NCBI GenBank assembly: GCA_963830365.1
Contig: CAWHMU010000036.1
Span: 96,721-160,720, forward strand
Length of the DNA: 64,000 nucleotides
Reading direction: 5' to 3'
Source: an uncultured Chlamydiae bacterium
GTDB lineage: Bacteria > Chlamydiota > Chlamydiia > Chlamydiales > Parachlamydiaceae
A model generated the notes under the pieces. The model was not told the DNA's origin, did no database searches, and worked only from the letters and a program-made list of their open reading frames with translations. Position 1 is the stretch's first letter; each line of letters starts with the position of its first letter. Position numbers and translations under genes: made by a program. Below are positions 19,623-29,592 of this stretch, one piece after another.

Positions 19623-21207
19623 AACCCAGCACCTCTAGGTTGCGACGGATTATAGTATCAAGAACTTTTGCTTCCTCCAGTTGCTGATAAAGCTTAGCTG
19701 TTAACTCTTTCATCTTTTCGTCAAAGGGCATACCTTCCTCATCCGATAGCTCGGTGCCAACGTAACGCCCTGGCGTTAATATATAGCCATGGCTTTGAAC
19801 TTCTTCAAGTTTGGCGCTTTTGCAAAAGCCTGCAATATCCTTATACCCTTCCATAAATTCACTATTTTCAGTCTCGACCTTCTCTCCCCGCCAAGAATGA
19901 TATGCATCGGTGATTTGACTAACCTCCTCATCTTTGAGACTGCGATGGGTTCTGTCTTCGAGAAAGCCCAAATTGCGAGCATCTATGAAGAGTATTTCAC
20001 CTCTACGGTCACGTAGCCGTGTATGCTTGACGATACCGTTGCTTCGATCCTTTGCAAGGAACCAGAGACATACAGGAATTGGCGTGGTATAAAATAGTTG
20101 ACCAGGGAGGGCAACCATACAATCGATCATATTTGCTTCAATCAGAGCCTTTCTGATCTCGCCCTCACCACTTTGATTGGAGGACATGGATCCATTAGCA
20201 AGAACAAAACCAGCAAAACCGTTTGGAGACAGGTGATGTACCATGTGTTGTACCCAAGCAAAGTTGGCATTTCCCGCCGGGGGAACTCCATATTGCCAGC
20301 GGCGGTCCTCTTTAAGGCGTTCACCTCCCCAATCACTAATATTAAAGGGGGGATTGGCTAAGATGAAATCAGCACGCAAATCCTTATGAAGGTCGTTGTG
20401 AAATGTGTCTGCGTAATGGCTGCCGATATGGCTGTCGATGCCGCGGATGGCAAGATTCATCTTACAGAGGCGCCACGTCGTAGGATTGCTTTCCTGCCCA
20501 TAGACAGAGATATCACCTACTCGTCCTCCATGTGCCTCAACAAACTTTTCTGATTGAACAAACATGCCACCTGATCCGCAACAGGGGTCATAGACCCGTC
20601 CATGATAAGGTTCGATCATCTCGACCAATAACTTCACTACTGCTTGAGGTGTATAGAACTCGCCTCCCCCTTTTCCCTCGGAACTAGCAAACCTGCCAAG
20701 AAAATATTCGTATACTTTTCCCAAAACATCTTTAGCGCGATGCTCCTTGCTGCCGAGGCCGATGCCGGCGATAAGGTCAACTAATTCCCCAAGGCGTTGC
20801 TGATCAAGAGAGGGTCGAGAATAATCCTTTGGTAAAACGCCTTTGAGAGAGGGATTTTCTGATTCAATCGCTCGCATGGCATCATCAACTAACTGCCCTA
20901 TTTGGGCTTGCTTGGCATTTTGTTGAATATGGGCCCACCTAGCAACCTTTGGAACCCAAAAGACGTTAACAGCTTTGTACTCATCGCGATCTTCGGGATC
21001 AGCTCCGGAAGCTGCGTCTTCTAGTAATTTCTGATGGTGTTCCTCGAAAGCGTCTGAAATATACTTGAGGAAGATGAGTCCCAGCACGACGTGTTTGTAC
21101 TCCGAGGGGTCAAGATGACCCCGTAATTTATCTGCTGCAGCCCATAGCTTCTGTTCTAAAGTCTGAGAATCGGAAGAAGTTTTCTTCCCTGTGCCTTTCT
21201 TTGCCAC
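19612..21207 (-). CDS. hsdM: Type I R-M N6-adenine methyltransferase subunit M
   Basis: [41 protein letters not shown]. Confidence 0.97.
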   Translation of the reverse strand: MAKKGTGKKTSSDSQTLEQKLWAAADKLRGHLDPSEYKHVVLGLIFLKYISDAFEEHHQKLLEDAASGADPEDRDEYKAVNVFWVPKVARWAHIQQNAKQAQIGQLVDDAMRAIESENPSLKGVLPKDYSRPSLDQQRLGELVDLIAGIGLGSKEHRAKDVLGKVYEYFLGRFASSEGKGGGEFYTPQAVVKLLVEMIEPYHGRVYDPCCGSGGMFVQSEKFVEAHGGRVGDISVYGQESNPTTWRLCKMNLAIRGIDSHIGSHYADTFHNDLHKDLRADFILANPPFNISDWGGERLKEDRRWQYGVPPAGNANFAWVQHMVHHLSPNGFAGFVLANGSMSSNQSGEGEIRKALIEANMIDCMVALPGQLFYTTPIPVCLWFLAKDRSNGIVKHTRLRDRRGEILFIDARNLGFLEDRTHRSLKDEEVSQITDAYHSWRGEKVETENSEFMEGYKDIAGFCKSAKLEEVQSHGYILTPGRYVGTELSDEEGMPFDEKMKELTAKLYQQLEEAKVLDTIIRRNLEVLGYGN

Positions 21208-21470
21208 GATGGTGCTCCAAGCGAATGTTTATTTCGCACCCTAGCACAAAACTTGAAATCTTATAAATAAATTTAAATAATTTCGGGGTTATTAGGAAGC
21301 AAAGCCAATTTCACAGCCAGAAACAGCACAGATTTCGGCTGTAAGAGCTGCAAACTATGGAGTCAAAATAAACTGACTTGTCTCAAACAGCACCCACTTA
21401 CCTAAAAGAACGCCGTCAAAGGGTCAAGGCATAAATCCGAAAATATTTTTTTTCCAAAACAAACCCATTT

Positions 21471-22337
21471 CTAGAATGTTCCTTGCAGCTTTTTCAAGAG
21501 AATAAGATTCTGAAAAATTGATTTTTGCAGTGAGCGCTCATACTTCAGGGTTTTGTCTGCATTCTCCGTTTGGGGGATTATGCCGAGCATGTAAGTGAGT
21601 TTGTTTGATGCGTCATTCTCTAGTTTTTGTTTCGTCAACTTTTGTATTTCTTCTTCGAAACGCTGATTCTGTTTGGTGTAGATCTCTAGGAGTTTGGCTG
21701 ATATCCCTTTTGCATCGGTATAGCCGTTTTTTTTCAGAAGGGCTTGCAGCTCGTCAAAACTAAAGTCGCCAGAATAATACAGTTTTTTACTCTCTTCCGT
21801 CGTTAGAGAGCTGAACGACTTGGCGATCCGGTAGAAATCATCGATGATGTCGCTCTCAAAGGCATTTCCTTTCCATATGGGTTTATCAAAGGTTACTTCG
21901 CCTTTGGCGAGGCATCCAAGATAAGACACATTCCAGGCAAAGAGCTGTTTTTTATGTTGGATCTCTTCATCGATTTTTTCATTGTTTTGATTCCCATGCG
22001 AATAGAATTCTTTAAGTAGTGATTTGACACGATGAGCGATGCTTCCAGTCTCAAACCTGATTGTGCGACGTAGCCTCCAAAAGTCTACTGCAATTTTTTC
22101 AACAAGCAAGCTTTCCATCTGATTACATGGAGATAGGCAGTCGACTAGGTTATTCAAAATTTCTCGATATTCGTCTTCGTTTTCATGCTCTATGTCGGAT
22201 TTCAGGATCAGGTCTTTTGTAAAGATACCGTGCTTGATGGCATTTGTCGAAACGATCATCTTTCCATTTGCAGTCGTTGGACCTGTGGAAAGCAGGGCAT
22301 TTTGGCAGTTTGATTCAATTTGTTTTTGTGTGGTCAT
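21471..22337 (-). CDS. Hypothetical mobile-element protein with STGP-T-GK...NA-KHG N-terminal motif
   Basis: MTTQKQIESNCQNALLSTGPTTANGK...NAIKHG; strong RBS AGGAGG; C-terminal KYERSLQK. Confidence 0.75.
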   Translation of the reverse strand: MTTQKQIESNCQNALLSTGPTTANGKMIVSTNAIKHGIFTKDLILKSDIEHENEDEYREILNNLVDCLSPCNQMESLLVEKIAVDFWRLRRTIRFETGSIAHRVKSLLKEFYSHGNQNNEKIDEEIQHKKQLFAWNVSYLGCLAKGEVTFDKPIWKGNAFESDIIDDFYRIAKSFSSLTTEESKKLYYSGDFSFDELQALLKKNGYTDAKGISAKLLEIYTKQNQRFEEEIQKLTKQKLENDASNKLTYMLGIIPQTENADKTLKYERSLQKSIFQNLILLKKLQGTF

Positions 22338-22353
22338 TGTTTCCTCCTTTGAA

Positions 22354-22394
22354 TTTCCGATTTCTGATTTCCCTATAGGATCGGAAATCGGAAA
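22354..22394. repeat. Iterated inverted heptamers (TTTCCGA), candidate replication origin
   Basis: TTTCCGATTTCTGATTTCC-CTATAG-GATCGGAAATCGGAAA immediately after the primase-helicase stop. Confidence 0.55.
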
Positions 22395-22399
22395 GTTTA

Positions 22400-24115
22400 T
22401 TATTCTTTAATAAGTCCCTGGCTTTTAGCCTTTTTCTTCCTTGTCTCAACTTGTGACTTGGTCAGTCCCGTTTTAATCATGATTTCTTTGATTGTAAGCC
22501 CCTCATTAATTGCCTCAGCAACCTCATTCAATTCGATGTCATCATCGGATTCGCCAATTTCCCATTCCCATAGTCCATCGCTTTGTTCTTTTAACTGCAC
22601 TTTAAAAGGGGCGGCGTCACTGCCGGCGAAATGTCTTGTCTTTTCGTAATGGATCTCAAAGCAAGCTCCTTGCTCTGTGCCATAACCTTGTGGCTGCTTA
22701 AGGGTTATCACAACATCGAGAATGTCTTCCCTTTTACTTGTGCCCCGCTGTTGGCCTGTTTTTCCGGCGTGATGAACAAAGAGAATTGATTTGCCTCGTC
22801 TTCGCATATCAAGAGCCCAGTCCTGAACTGGCTGCCAACTTTCGGCCTCGTTCTCGACTCCAGTGCGAAAAAGGGATGACAAATTATCGACAATAATTAA
22901 TTCACTATCACCGATAAGTTCTTCTAAAAGGGCTCGTCCTTTTGTTGTAGATAAATCAGGCAAAGGTCCATCTTGAAGATCAGGAGTAATCAAGCGAAGA
23001 TAATCTGGTGCAGGAGGTTTCTTGTCTTCAGTGAGAGAAATTCGCCTAAGTCTCTCCTGCATTGCTGCTGCAGGCATTTCACCGTCAATGTACAATACCT
23101 TCCGCGGCTTTTGTGCCTCCCATTTCAAAAAACGACCCCCTACCGCTACCGCATTAGCTATACCCAGCGCTACATGCGTTTTCCCAACTCCTCGTTTTGC
23201 ATATAGAAGACAAAGCCCCTGGCTTGGAAGAAAAGGTGTTAAGATCATTTCCCGCTCAGGTAATTCCATCTTCAAAAAATCCTCGACAGTTACCGCCCGG
23301 ATTTTCGCTTTTGCTCCTTGGGGTATGTAGTCAGGTGTTTTAGCAAGTATTTCTAAAAGTCTGGTCGAAGTGTTTCCAGAGGCCAACCAATCGCTAATAT
23401 CCTTCCCATGTGATTCCTGATATTCTAGTCCCGGTAACGTCACAACCCAAAGACGCCTTACTCTTCCACTAAGCCTTTGGCACAACAGGTCACGTCTTTC
23501 AAAACCTGTTTTGTCCATATCGTAGAGAATTACTATGTCGGCATCTTTTAGAAATTCTGTGAATTCATCAGGCCAAGAGAGAGAATCGATTGAGGTTGTC
23601 GCTGGAAGTCCGCATTCAAGAAGCTTATCAGCATCCTTTTCCCCTTCGACAAGGAAAATTGGCTTTTTATTGGAAATGGCATTTAAAAGCTCAGGCAATC
23701 GGTAGAGGACTTTTCTGCAACCCTTCAGATTTTTGATTGTTTGACCATTCTCAGTATGTTCACAAAAGAAATCTTTAGCTTTTCCATTGAATCCAGGTTC
23801 AATGCGAACTTTTCTATAAAGCTCTTGTCCTTCCTCATCTTTATAGGAGTAAACAATACGCTTTGTTTCTCGGCGCTCATTTTTTGGTGTGCCAAATAGT
23901 TCGGCTACCTCTATGTTTAACGATCTGCAAATATCTTCGACAGAACATCCTGAGAAACATTTTAATAGAATTTTGCCGTCAGCAGCTTCGCCTACTGAAA
24001 AACTTGGACTCTCATCATCATGAGCAGGGCAGCAGGTCATATACCCGTGACTCGTTTTCTTGAGGTCTTTCCCTGTTTTTGATTTCAGAGTTTCAATAAA
24101 CTCATTTAATTTCAT
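22400..24115 (-). CDS. Primase-helicase (zinc finger + TOPRIM + AAA_25/RepA-like ATPase + C-terminal HTH)
   Basis: CPAHDD..PS...CFSGC, LVEGEKDAD, YDMDKTG, AKRGVGKT Walker A, YIDGE, IIVDNLS, VHHAGK..QRGTS. Confidence 0.9.
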   Translation of the reverse strand: MKLNEFIETLKSKTGKDLKKTSHGYMTCCPAHDDESPSFSVGEAADGKILLKCFSGCSVEDICRSLNIEVAELFGTPKNERRETKRIVYSYKDEEGQELYRKVRIEPGFNGKAKDFFCEHTENGQTIKNLKGCRKVLYRLPELLNAISNKKPIFLVEGEKDADKLLECGLPATTSIDSLSWPDEFTEFLKDADIVILYDMDKTGFERRDLLCQRLSGRVRRLWVVTLPGLEYQESHGKDISDWLASGNTSTRLLEILAKTPDYIPQGAKAKIRAVTVEDFLKMELPEREMILTPFLPSQGLCLLYAKRGVGKTHVALGIANAVAVGGRFLKWEAQKPRKVLYIDGEMPAAAMQERLRRISLTEDKKPPAPDYLRLITPDLQDGPLPDLSTTKGRALLEELIGDSELIIVDNLSSLFRTGVENEAESWQPVQDWALDMRRRGKSILFVHHAGKTGQQRGTSKREDILDVVITLKQPQGYGTEQGACFEIHYEKTRHFAGSDAAPFKVQLKEQSDGLWEWEIGESDDDIELNEVAEAINEGLTIKEIMIKTGLTKSQVETRKKKAKSQGLIKE

Positions 24116-24128
24116 TGAAGTCCCTTTA

Positions 24129-24335
24129 TTAATCTTTAGAAGCTTGGCTTTCGATCCAATCGTCGAATAGATCTTTTCTTAGATAAAGGCGTTTGCCTAT
24201 TTTGCGGATGGCGACTTCAAGGCCATTTTTGTGACGCATGATCAAATAATGACGCATTTGACCAAGGGAGAATGGATAGCTGCTCGATTCGGAGATTTGT
24301 TTGATACTTAAATATTGATAATCACTCATAGGCAC
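24129..24335 (-). CDS. Excisionase/AlpA-like small DNA-binding protein
   Basis: YLSIKQI...RKIGKRLYL....FDDWI winged-helix pattern, lying between integrase and primase. Confidence 0.75.
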   Translation of the reverse strand: MPMSDYQYLSIKQISESSSYPFSLGQMRHYLIMRHKNGLEVAIRKIGKRLYLRKDLFDDWIESQASKD

Positions 24336-24451
24336 ACCCTCGAATTGATTTGTTAGAGTTTGCGCCTAATGGTATTGAATGAAGCTGATTATCCTCTCAC
24401 ACTATGAGTGACACTTTTGTTTTTATAACGAAAACGACTGATTATTAATGG

Positions 24452-25576
24452 TTAATGTGTTATTTGTGGCTGATATCGATGATCGAATTCAACTGGTTGA
24501 GAAAGGAAGGTTTTAAAAGTAATTTCACCTTGTGTTTGGTAAAAGTCGAGTTTTTGTATGGTACGCCTTAAAACTCGATATAAGCTCTCGTCGGTACTTT
24601 GAAAAATTCTAGACCTTGGTTGTGCACCTGGAATTTCAGAAAGAGCTTTTAAAAAGTTCCATATTGTTTCTGAACACGGCACAGGTAGCCAATCGAATAT
24701 GGTCGGAAGAGAAAGTGAAGGAAGGTTCTTATCAGAGGGGTTCTCTAAAGCCTTTATAGGAAGGTTGAAAAGGTCATTCAAAGCTATGGGAAGCCGAAGA
24801 CGGGAGCTCGTCAGGCATATCCAGCACATTCCAAGGGTTTCGGCTGCTCCCAATTTGGCATTTTGCCTACCGCATATTACTGTATTAACTAGTTCACGGA
24901 TAATATCAGCTGCATTCATAATATAGATTGGAAAAACAGTTGGTGGAATTTTCCGGGCAATCTGTCCACAAGGAACCTCTTGGAATTCTGAAGTTAATGT
25001 TCCTGTTTTTACTTCTTTCAAAGTGGTGATTCTTCGAATTTCCATGTCTTCCGGGAAAATCAGTTCCAAAAATGCGATTTGTCTTTTGGAGATCGACTGG
25101 CGGAGGTGATTCAGAAAGCCGCTCAAGGCGCGTTCCCAAAAAAAGAGAAGCTTCTCTTTGTTTTCTACAATGTCTCGCAACCTGATGATATAATCGTACA
25201 GTGTTTCTCCTTTGTTAGGCTCCTCAAGATGATAATCAGCAAAGTCCACAGGATTAAGAAAATACTCGATATATTCGCTGTCAGGGGTAGCATTCTTTTC
25301 AATGTCCGTTTGCCAGTTACTATAGTGTGTAGAAGCCAAGCTTCTAGATGCTTCCGATTGATAGGGAATCTTAGGTAAAGGTGCCATCAAAACCGTTCCG
25401 ATATCATCGGTGCCATAGATCCAACACCGAGCTAGTTCCTTTCGCCAGTTATCTTCCGATACAGGAGAAAAATCAGGATTAAGAGCCCGTGTGGTATCAT
25501 AAAAGTGTTGTTTCTTTTCTAGGTCTGATTGGAATTGAAGTAAGATTCTTGTTAATCCATCAAGGTTGTATTTCAT
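24452..25576 (-). CDS. Hypothetical protein, C-terminus possibly a degenerate tyrosine-recombinase fold
   Basis: 374-aa ORF overlapping the integrase 3' end; see findings. Confidence 0.65.
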   Translation of the reverse strand: MKYNLDGLTRILLQFQSDLEKKQHFYDTTRALNPDFSPVSEDNWRKELARCWIYGTDDIGTVLMAPLPKIPYQSEASRSLASTHYSNWQTDIEKNATPDSEYIEYFLNPVDFADYHLEEPNKGETLYDYIIRLRDIVENKEKLLFFWERALSGFLNHLRQSISKRQIAFLELIFPEDMEIRRITTLKEVKTGTLTSEFQEVPCGQIARKIPPTVFPIYIMNAADIIRELVNTVICGRQNAKLGAAETLGMCWICLTSSRLRLPIALNDLFNLPIKALENPSDKNLPSLSLPTIFDWLPVPCSETIWNFLKALSEIPGAQPRSRIFQSTDESLYRVLRRTIQKLDFYQTQGEITFKTFLSQPVEFDHRYQPQITH

Positions 25577-26639
25577 TTTTCCCTCTCAATAAGCGGTTTT
25601 CAATGGATTCACCGATAAAACGTGTTGCTTGTGCATCTAGGTGGGAATAGTGGTCGGTCATGCTGGCTGTAGCGTGCCCGAGTTGGGAACGGAGCTGCTG
25701 TCCGCTAGCACCCAATTGCCCACCAATAGAACAGAAGTGGTGTCTAAGTCCATGGAAAACGAAATTATTGATTCCCGCGCGACTTAAAGCAGATTGCCAT
25801 GCCTTCTTGATGTCGAGTCTTCCAAAGGTCGTTTTGCTGGCAAAAACCAAAGTCTTGGTTATATCACGGATAATATAAAGGCGTTGAAGTTCTTGGATGA
25901 CACTGTCAACTAGTCCCACACGGCGCGGGCGGCCATTTTTAGAGTCTTTGATATGGGCGAATCGATTTTCAAAATCGATGGAATCCCACGTTAAGTTTAA
26001 AATCTCACTTTTTCTGGCACCGGTCGTGATTGCCATTAATACGATGCAATAGAGGTATGGGTTTAGGCTTTGCCGGCATGCTTGAAGGAGTCGGTTCTCT
26101 TCATCATTGATGAGGGCGCGCCGTTCTTTCGGTTTGGTTTTTAACTGGAGCAAATTTATGCATGGATTTTCATCGATCCAGCGAAGATTTTTGCATGCAT
26201 ATCTGAAAGCGCCGCCGAAAGTGGCAAAATATCGATTGACTGTTGCAGGATTGCGGCGCCCACCTCGACTTGTAGGCGTCTCGGCTAGTTTTTTGCGCTC
26301 TTGTAAAAGTAGTTCTGGTGTGATGTACATCAGTGCATAATCACCAAGCTTTTCCCGGAAGTAATTTAACTGTCGAATGGTGTCTCTGGCTGCTTTATGA
26401 TGTCCGATCACAGCATCCTGGATGTAAACGTCGATGAGGCCGGCAACAGTCTTATTCTGTTTTGTTTGATTAGAGGTGTATTTGCCTCGCTTAATCTGTT
26501 GCTCGGTATCGTGGGCCCAATCATCCGCTTCTTGCTTGCGATCGAAATGTTCACAAACAGTGGGGTGACCTTTTATACGGATGACGGCGCGCCAAACTTT
26601 GGTGCCATTATTATTTGTTCTTTGGTAGATAGATGCCAT
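25560..26639 (-). CDS. int: Tyrosine integrase
   Basis: TGARKSE (R), KDSKNG (K), FHGLRH (HxxR), LGH, TDHYSH (Y); N-terminal arm-binding-like domain; adjacent to the tRNA. Confidence 0.95.
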   Translation of the reverse strand: MASIYQRTNNNGTKVWRAVIRIKGHPTVCEHFDRKQEADDWAHDTEQQIKRGKYTSNQTKQNKTVAGLIDVYIQDAVIGHHKAARDTIRQLNYFREKLGDYALMYITPELLLQERKKLAETPTSRGGRRNPATVNRYFATFGGAFRYACKNLRWIDENPCINLLQLKTKPKERRALINDEENRLLQACRQSLNPYLYCIVLMAITTGARKSEILNLTWDSIDFENRFAHIKDSKNGRPRRVGLVDSVIQELQRLYIIRDITKTLVFASKTTFGRLDIKKAWQSALSRAGINNFVFHGLRHHFCSIGGQLGASGQQLRSQLGHATASMTDHYSHLDAQATRFIGESIENRLLRGKNEIQP

Positions 26640-26789
26640 CTTAAACCCTTTGTTGATTTTGGTTTAAGCGGCTGGGGTGCTGGTAAAACTATTTTTCACT
26701 GCACCGTGATTGCACCGCGGCACATATTTTTAACTTAAGCGATGATATCGGATCAAGTTAAATCGTGCTCACAAGTGCTTGTATGGGAT

Positions 26790-26862
26790 TGCCTAAAACA
26801 GGAATCGAACCCGCGACCTGCGCGTTACGAATGCGCTGCTCTACCAACTGAGCTATTTAGGC
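26790..26862 (-). tRNA. tRNA-Thr(CGT)
   Basis: GCCTAAATAGCTCAGTTGGTAGAGCAGCGCATTCGTAACGCGCAGGTCGCGGGTTCGATTCCTGTTTTAGGCA folds as a cloverleaf; CCA not encoded. Confidence 0.96.
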
Positions 26863-26961
26863 ATAGATAGAGTAGTGTAGGGTATTGTTGTTTTTTGGCC
26901 AATAGCAAGTTGTGTAGTATGAGTCTTCACCTTAATTCGCCGGGCTGTTAGGCTGGCGCAT

Positions 26962-27336
26962 ATGGAAGATATATATATTTTACAGATCGGTGAGGCCGAT
27001 GGCCTCCATCTTAGTGCTGGGGGGCGCATGCAGGCTTTGGCCGCCGGCAGGGCGCTGGTCGGGCATGCCATCGCTTCGTTATGCTATAGTTCTTTTGGCG
27101 GGGCCAAAGAGACGGCTTTGATCGTGGCCGGGGTATGCCATTGCAGTCTGCATCCTTTAGACGATTTTGAGGTGGCTTTGGCGCGGCCGGCGCCGCTATT
27201 ATTTGTGTTGGCGCAAGCTGAGATGATGAATATGAGGAAGAAGGCTGGCTTAGAGAGCATTGACTTCCCGGAGGCTACGCTCAGCCATGTGTATAAGCAG
27301 CTGGGAAAATGGACTGTCGAGGTGCTGCTGGCTTAG
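26962..27336 (+). CDS. Hypothetical protein
   Basis: 124-aa ATG-started ORF filling the gap, convergent with the PsiE-like gene. Confidence 0.5.
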   Translation: MEDIYILQIGEADGLHLSAGGRMQALAAGRALVGHAIASLCYSSFGGAKETALIVAGVCHCSLHPLDDFEVALARPAPLLFVLAQAEMMNMRKKAGLESIDFPEATLSHVYKQLGKWTVEVLLA

Positions 27337-27791
27337 TGTTCGCCAGGGCTTTTGTGGTTAACGACCCAGTAGGCGATGGCGGTTGCCAGGACCATGGCGG
27401 CGAGGGCATAGACGTATTCGGGCGGGGTTGCCTTGTAATCCAAGATGATGACTTTCCGCGAGATGGCGATGAGGGCGGTGGACAGCACCAGTTTAGCGTG
27501 CAGGGAGTCCTCTTTGAGATAGACGATGATGTTGTTAAAAACTTCGATGGCGATAAGTACGGCAATAAATGCGCCCAAGATGGTCAGAATGCCTTCCACA
27601 TGCAGTAAGCCTAAGGGGACGCCGTTCATGGCCACTAAATTGTTGTATAGGATGTAAACAACATCGACCAGGCTGGCCAAGATGACGACGATCATCAAGA
27701 TAGCCAGAGCTTTGACACAGTAGATGACGATCTTATTCGAAAGAATGGGTAAGGGGATCTTCCTTCTTTTTAGTATCAGGAGGAAGCGCAA
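27333..27791 (-). CDS. Phosphate-starvation-inducible PsiE family membrane protein
   Basis: Four TM helices; VLIAIEVF...YL...TALIAISRKVIILD. Confidence 0.85.
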   Translation of the reverse strand: MRFLLILKRRKIPLPILSNKIVIYCVKALAILMIVVILASLVDVVYILYNNLVAMNGVPLGLLHVEGILTILGAFIAVLIAIEVFNNIIVYLKEDSLHAKLVLSTALIAISRKVIILDYKATPPEYVYALAAMVLATAIAYWVVNHKSPGEH

Positions 27792-27967
27792 GCTCTTGAT
27801 CAGACATGTGGATATCCTATTGTGTATTTCATCTTCTTTCTAGCATGAAGTGGCGATTTTAAAAATGTTTTTATTTTCGGTCTGCGCCGCACGCCTTTTC
27901 TAAAATGAGTCGATAGGGTATACTGTCTTTTTAAGTATTGATTTTCAATCAGGTGAGATAAAATTCG

Positions 27968-29575
27968 ATGAATGTTTCTGCTGCAGATACACAACTGCGT
28001 GAACAAATTGCCAAACGGCGAACCTTTGCCATCATCAGTCATCCCGATGCCGGTAAGACGACCCTTACCGAAAAGCTGCTGCTTTATTCCGGCATGGTAC
28101 ATACTGCCGGCATGGTGCGTGGACGTAAAGGGCGCAAGGCAGCCACTTCGGACTGGATGGCCATGGAGCAGGAGCGCGGCATTTCGATTACCGCCTCTGC
28201 CATGCAGTTCACCTATAAAGATACCATCATCAACGTGCTGGATACGCCGGGTCACGAGGACTTTTCTGAAGATACGTATCGCACCTTAACGGCTGCCGAC
28301 TGCGCCATCATGGTGATCGATGCTGCCAAAGGCGTGGAAAAGCAGACGCGGAAGTTGTTTGATGTCTGCCGCCTAAGGAAGATCCCGGTGCTGACCTTCA
28401 TCAATAAAATGGATATGCCCGGACAAGACCCCTTGGATTTGATGAATGAAGTCGAAAACGTCCTGCAAATCAACTCTGCGGCCATTAATTGGCCCATCGG
28501 CACCGGCCGCCAATTCGCGGGCGTTTATGATAGGCCGTCGTCGGAGTGCTTGATTTTTACCAAGATATCTGTCGGTGGGGCGCAAAGGGCGGACATTGCG
28601 CGCTATAGCATCGACAGTGCTGAAATCCGCGAGTTGATTGGCGCTGACGAGGTGCAGAAGCTGAAGCAGGAGCTTGAGCTGCTCGACATGGCAGGCAACG
28701 CCTTTAGCCATGAAGAATTTCTGGCCGGCCGGGTCACACCAGTCTTTTTTGCTTCGGCCTTGACGAATTTCGGGGTCGAGCCTTTCTTTGATGCTTTCAT
28801 CCATTTGGCGCCCTGTCCGCAGCCGCGCATTGCCGATAGTCTGAAAGAAGGGGAGATCATCATCGATCCGGCCGAACATTCCTTTAGCGCCTACGTGTTC
28901 AAAATCCAGGCCAATATGGACAAGCGGCACCGCGACAGCATGGCCTTTCTAAAGGTCTGCTCGGGTAAATTCGAACGGGATCTGGTTGTGAAACACCATC
29001 GGCTGGGACGCGAAGTGCGTCTGTCGCGGCCTCACGGTATGGTGGCTGGCGAGCGCACTACGCTGGATGCCGCCTATGCCGGCGACGTCATCGGCGTAAT
29101 CAATCCGGGCGTCTTTGCTGTCGGCGACAGCATCTCATTGACCGGCGGTTTTAATTTCAAGCCGTTGCCGCAGTTCCAGCCCGAAATCTTTGCCAGGGTA
29201 ACGCCGAAAGATATCGGCAAGCGCAAGTCGTTTGACAAGGGGTTGCTGCAGCTGGCAGAAGAAGGGGCCATCCAGTTGCTGAGACCGTTTGATTTGAGCG
29301 GCGATCTGATCTTTGCCGCCGTTGGACAACTGCAGTTTGAGGTGATGCAATACCGGCTGAAAGATGAATATAGTGTCGAAACCTTGGTGAATGTGCTGCC
29401 GTACAAATGCAGCGCCTGGCTGGTCGGGGATATGCAAACCTTTAAGAAGCCATCCACGGCCATGGTCGTGCGCGACCGTTGGGAGCGTCCGATGGTGCTC
29501 TTTGGAGAGCAGTGGGAGAAGCAATATGCCATCAAGCAGAACCCAGACCACCAACTGGTGGATCTGCTCGTTTAA
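27968..29575 (+). CDS. prfC: Peptide chain release factor 3
   Basis: RRTFAIISHPDAGKTTLTEKLLL, SDWMAMEQERGISI, DTPGHEDFSEDTYRTL, AVGQLQFEV. Confidence 0.97.
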   Translation: MNVSAADTQLREQIAKRRTFAIISHPDAGKTTLTEKLLLYSGMVHTAGMVRGRKGRKAATSDWMAMEQERGISITASAMQFTYKDTIINVLDTPGHEDFSEDTYRTLTAADCAIMVIDAAKGVEKQTRKLFDVCRLRKIPVLTFINKMDMPGQDPLDLMNEVENVLQINSAAINWPIGTGRQFAGVYDRPSSECLIFTKISVGGAQRADIARYSIDSAEIRELIGADEVQKLKQELELLDMAGNAFSHEEFLAGRVTPVFFASALTNFGVEPFFDAFIHLAPCPQPRIADSLKEGEIIIDPAEHSFSAYVFKIQANMDKRHRDSMAFLKVCSGKFERDLVVKHHRLGREVRLSRPHGMVAGERTTLDAAYAGDVIGVINPGVFAVGDSISLTGGFNFKPLPQFQPEIFARVTPKDIGKRKSFDKGLLQLAEEGAIQLLRPFDLSGDLIFAAVGQLQFEVMQYRLKDEYSVETLVNVLPYKCSAWLVGDMQTFKKPSTAMVVRDRWERPMVLFGEQWEKQYAIKQNPDHQLVDLLV

Positions 29576-29592
29576 GCTAACGGTAATCCATT

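Larger units (their letters stand above)
12175..26835 (-). mobile_element. tRNA-Thr-integrated genomic island, phage-satellite/PICI-like, with defence cargo
   Basis: att repeats, tyrosine integrase next to the tRNA, xis-like gene, primase-helicase, Type I R-M; all genes on the - strand; no capsid, tail or conjugation genes recognised. Confidence 0.9.

Noticed and set aside
12175..26835. Complete prophage or ICE
   Set aside because: No capsid, large terminase, tail, relaxase or T4SS genes recognised.
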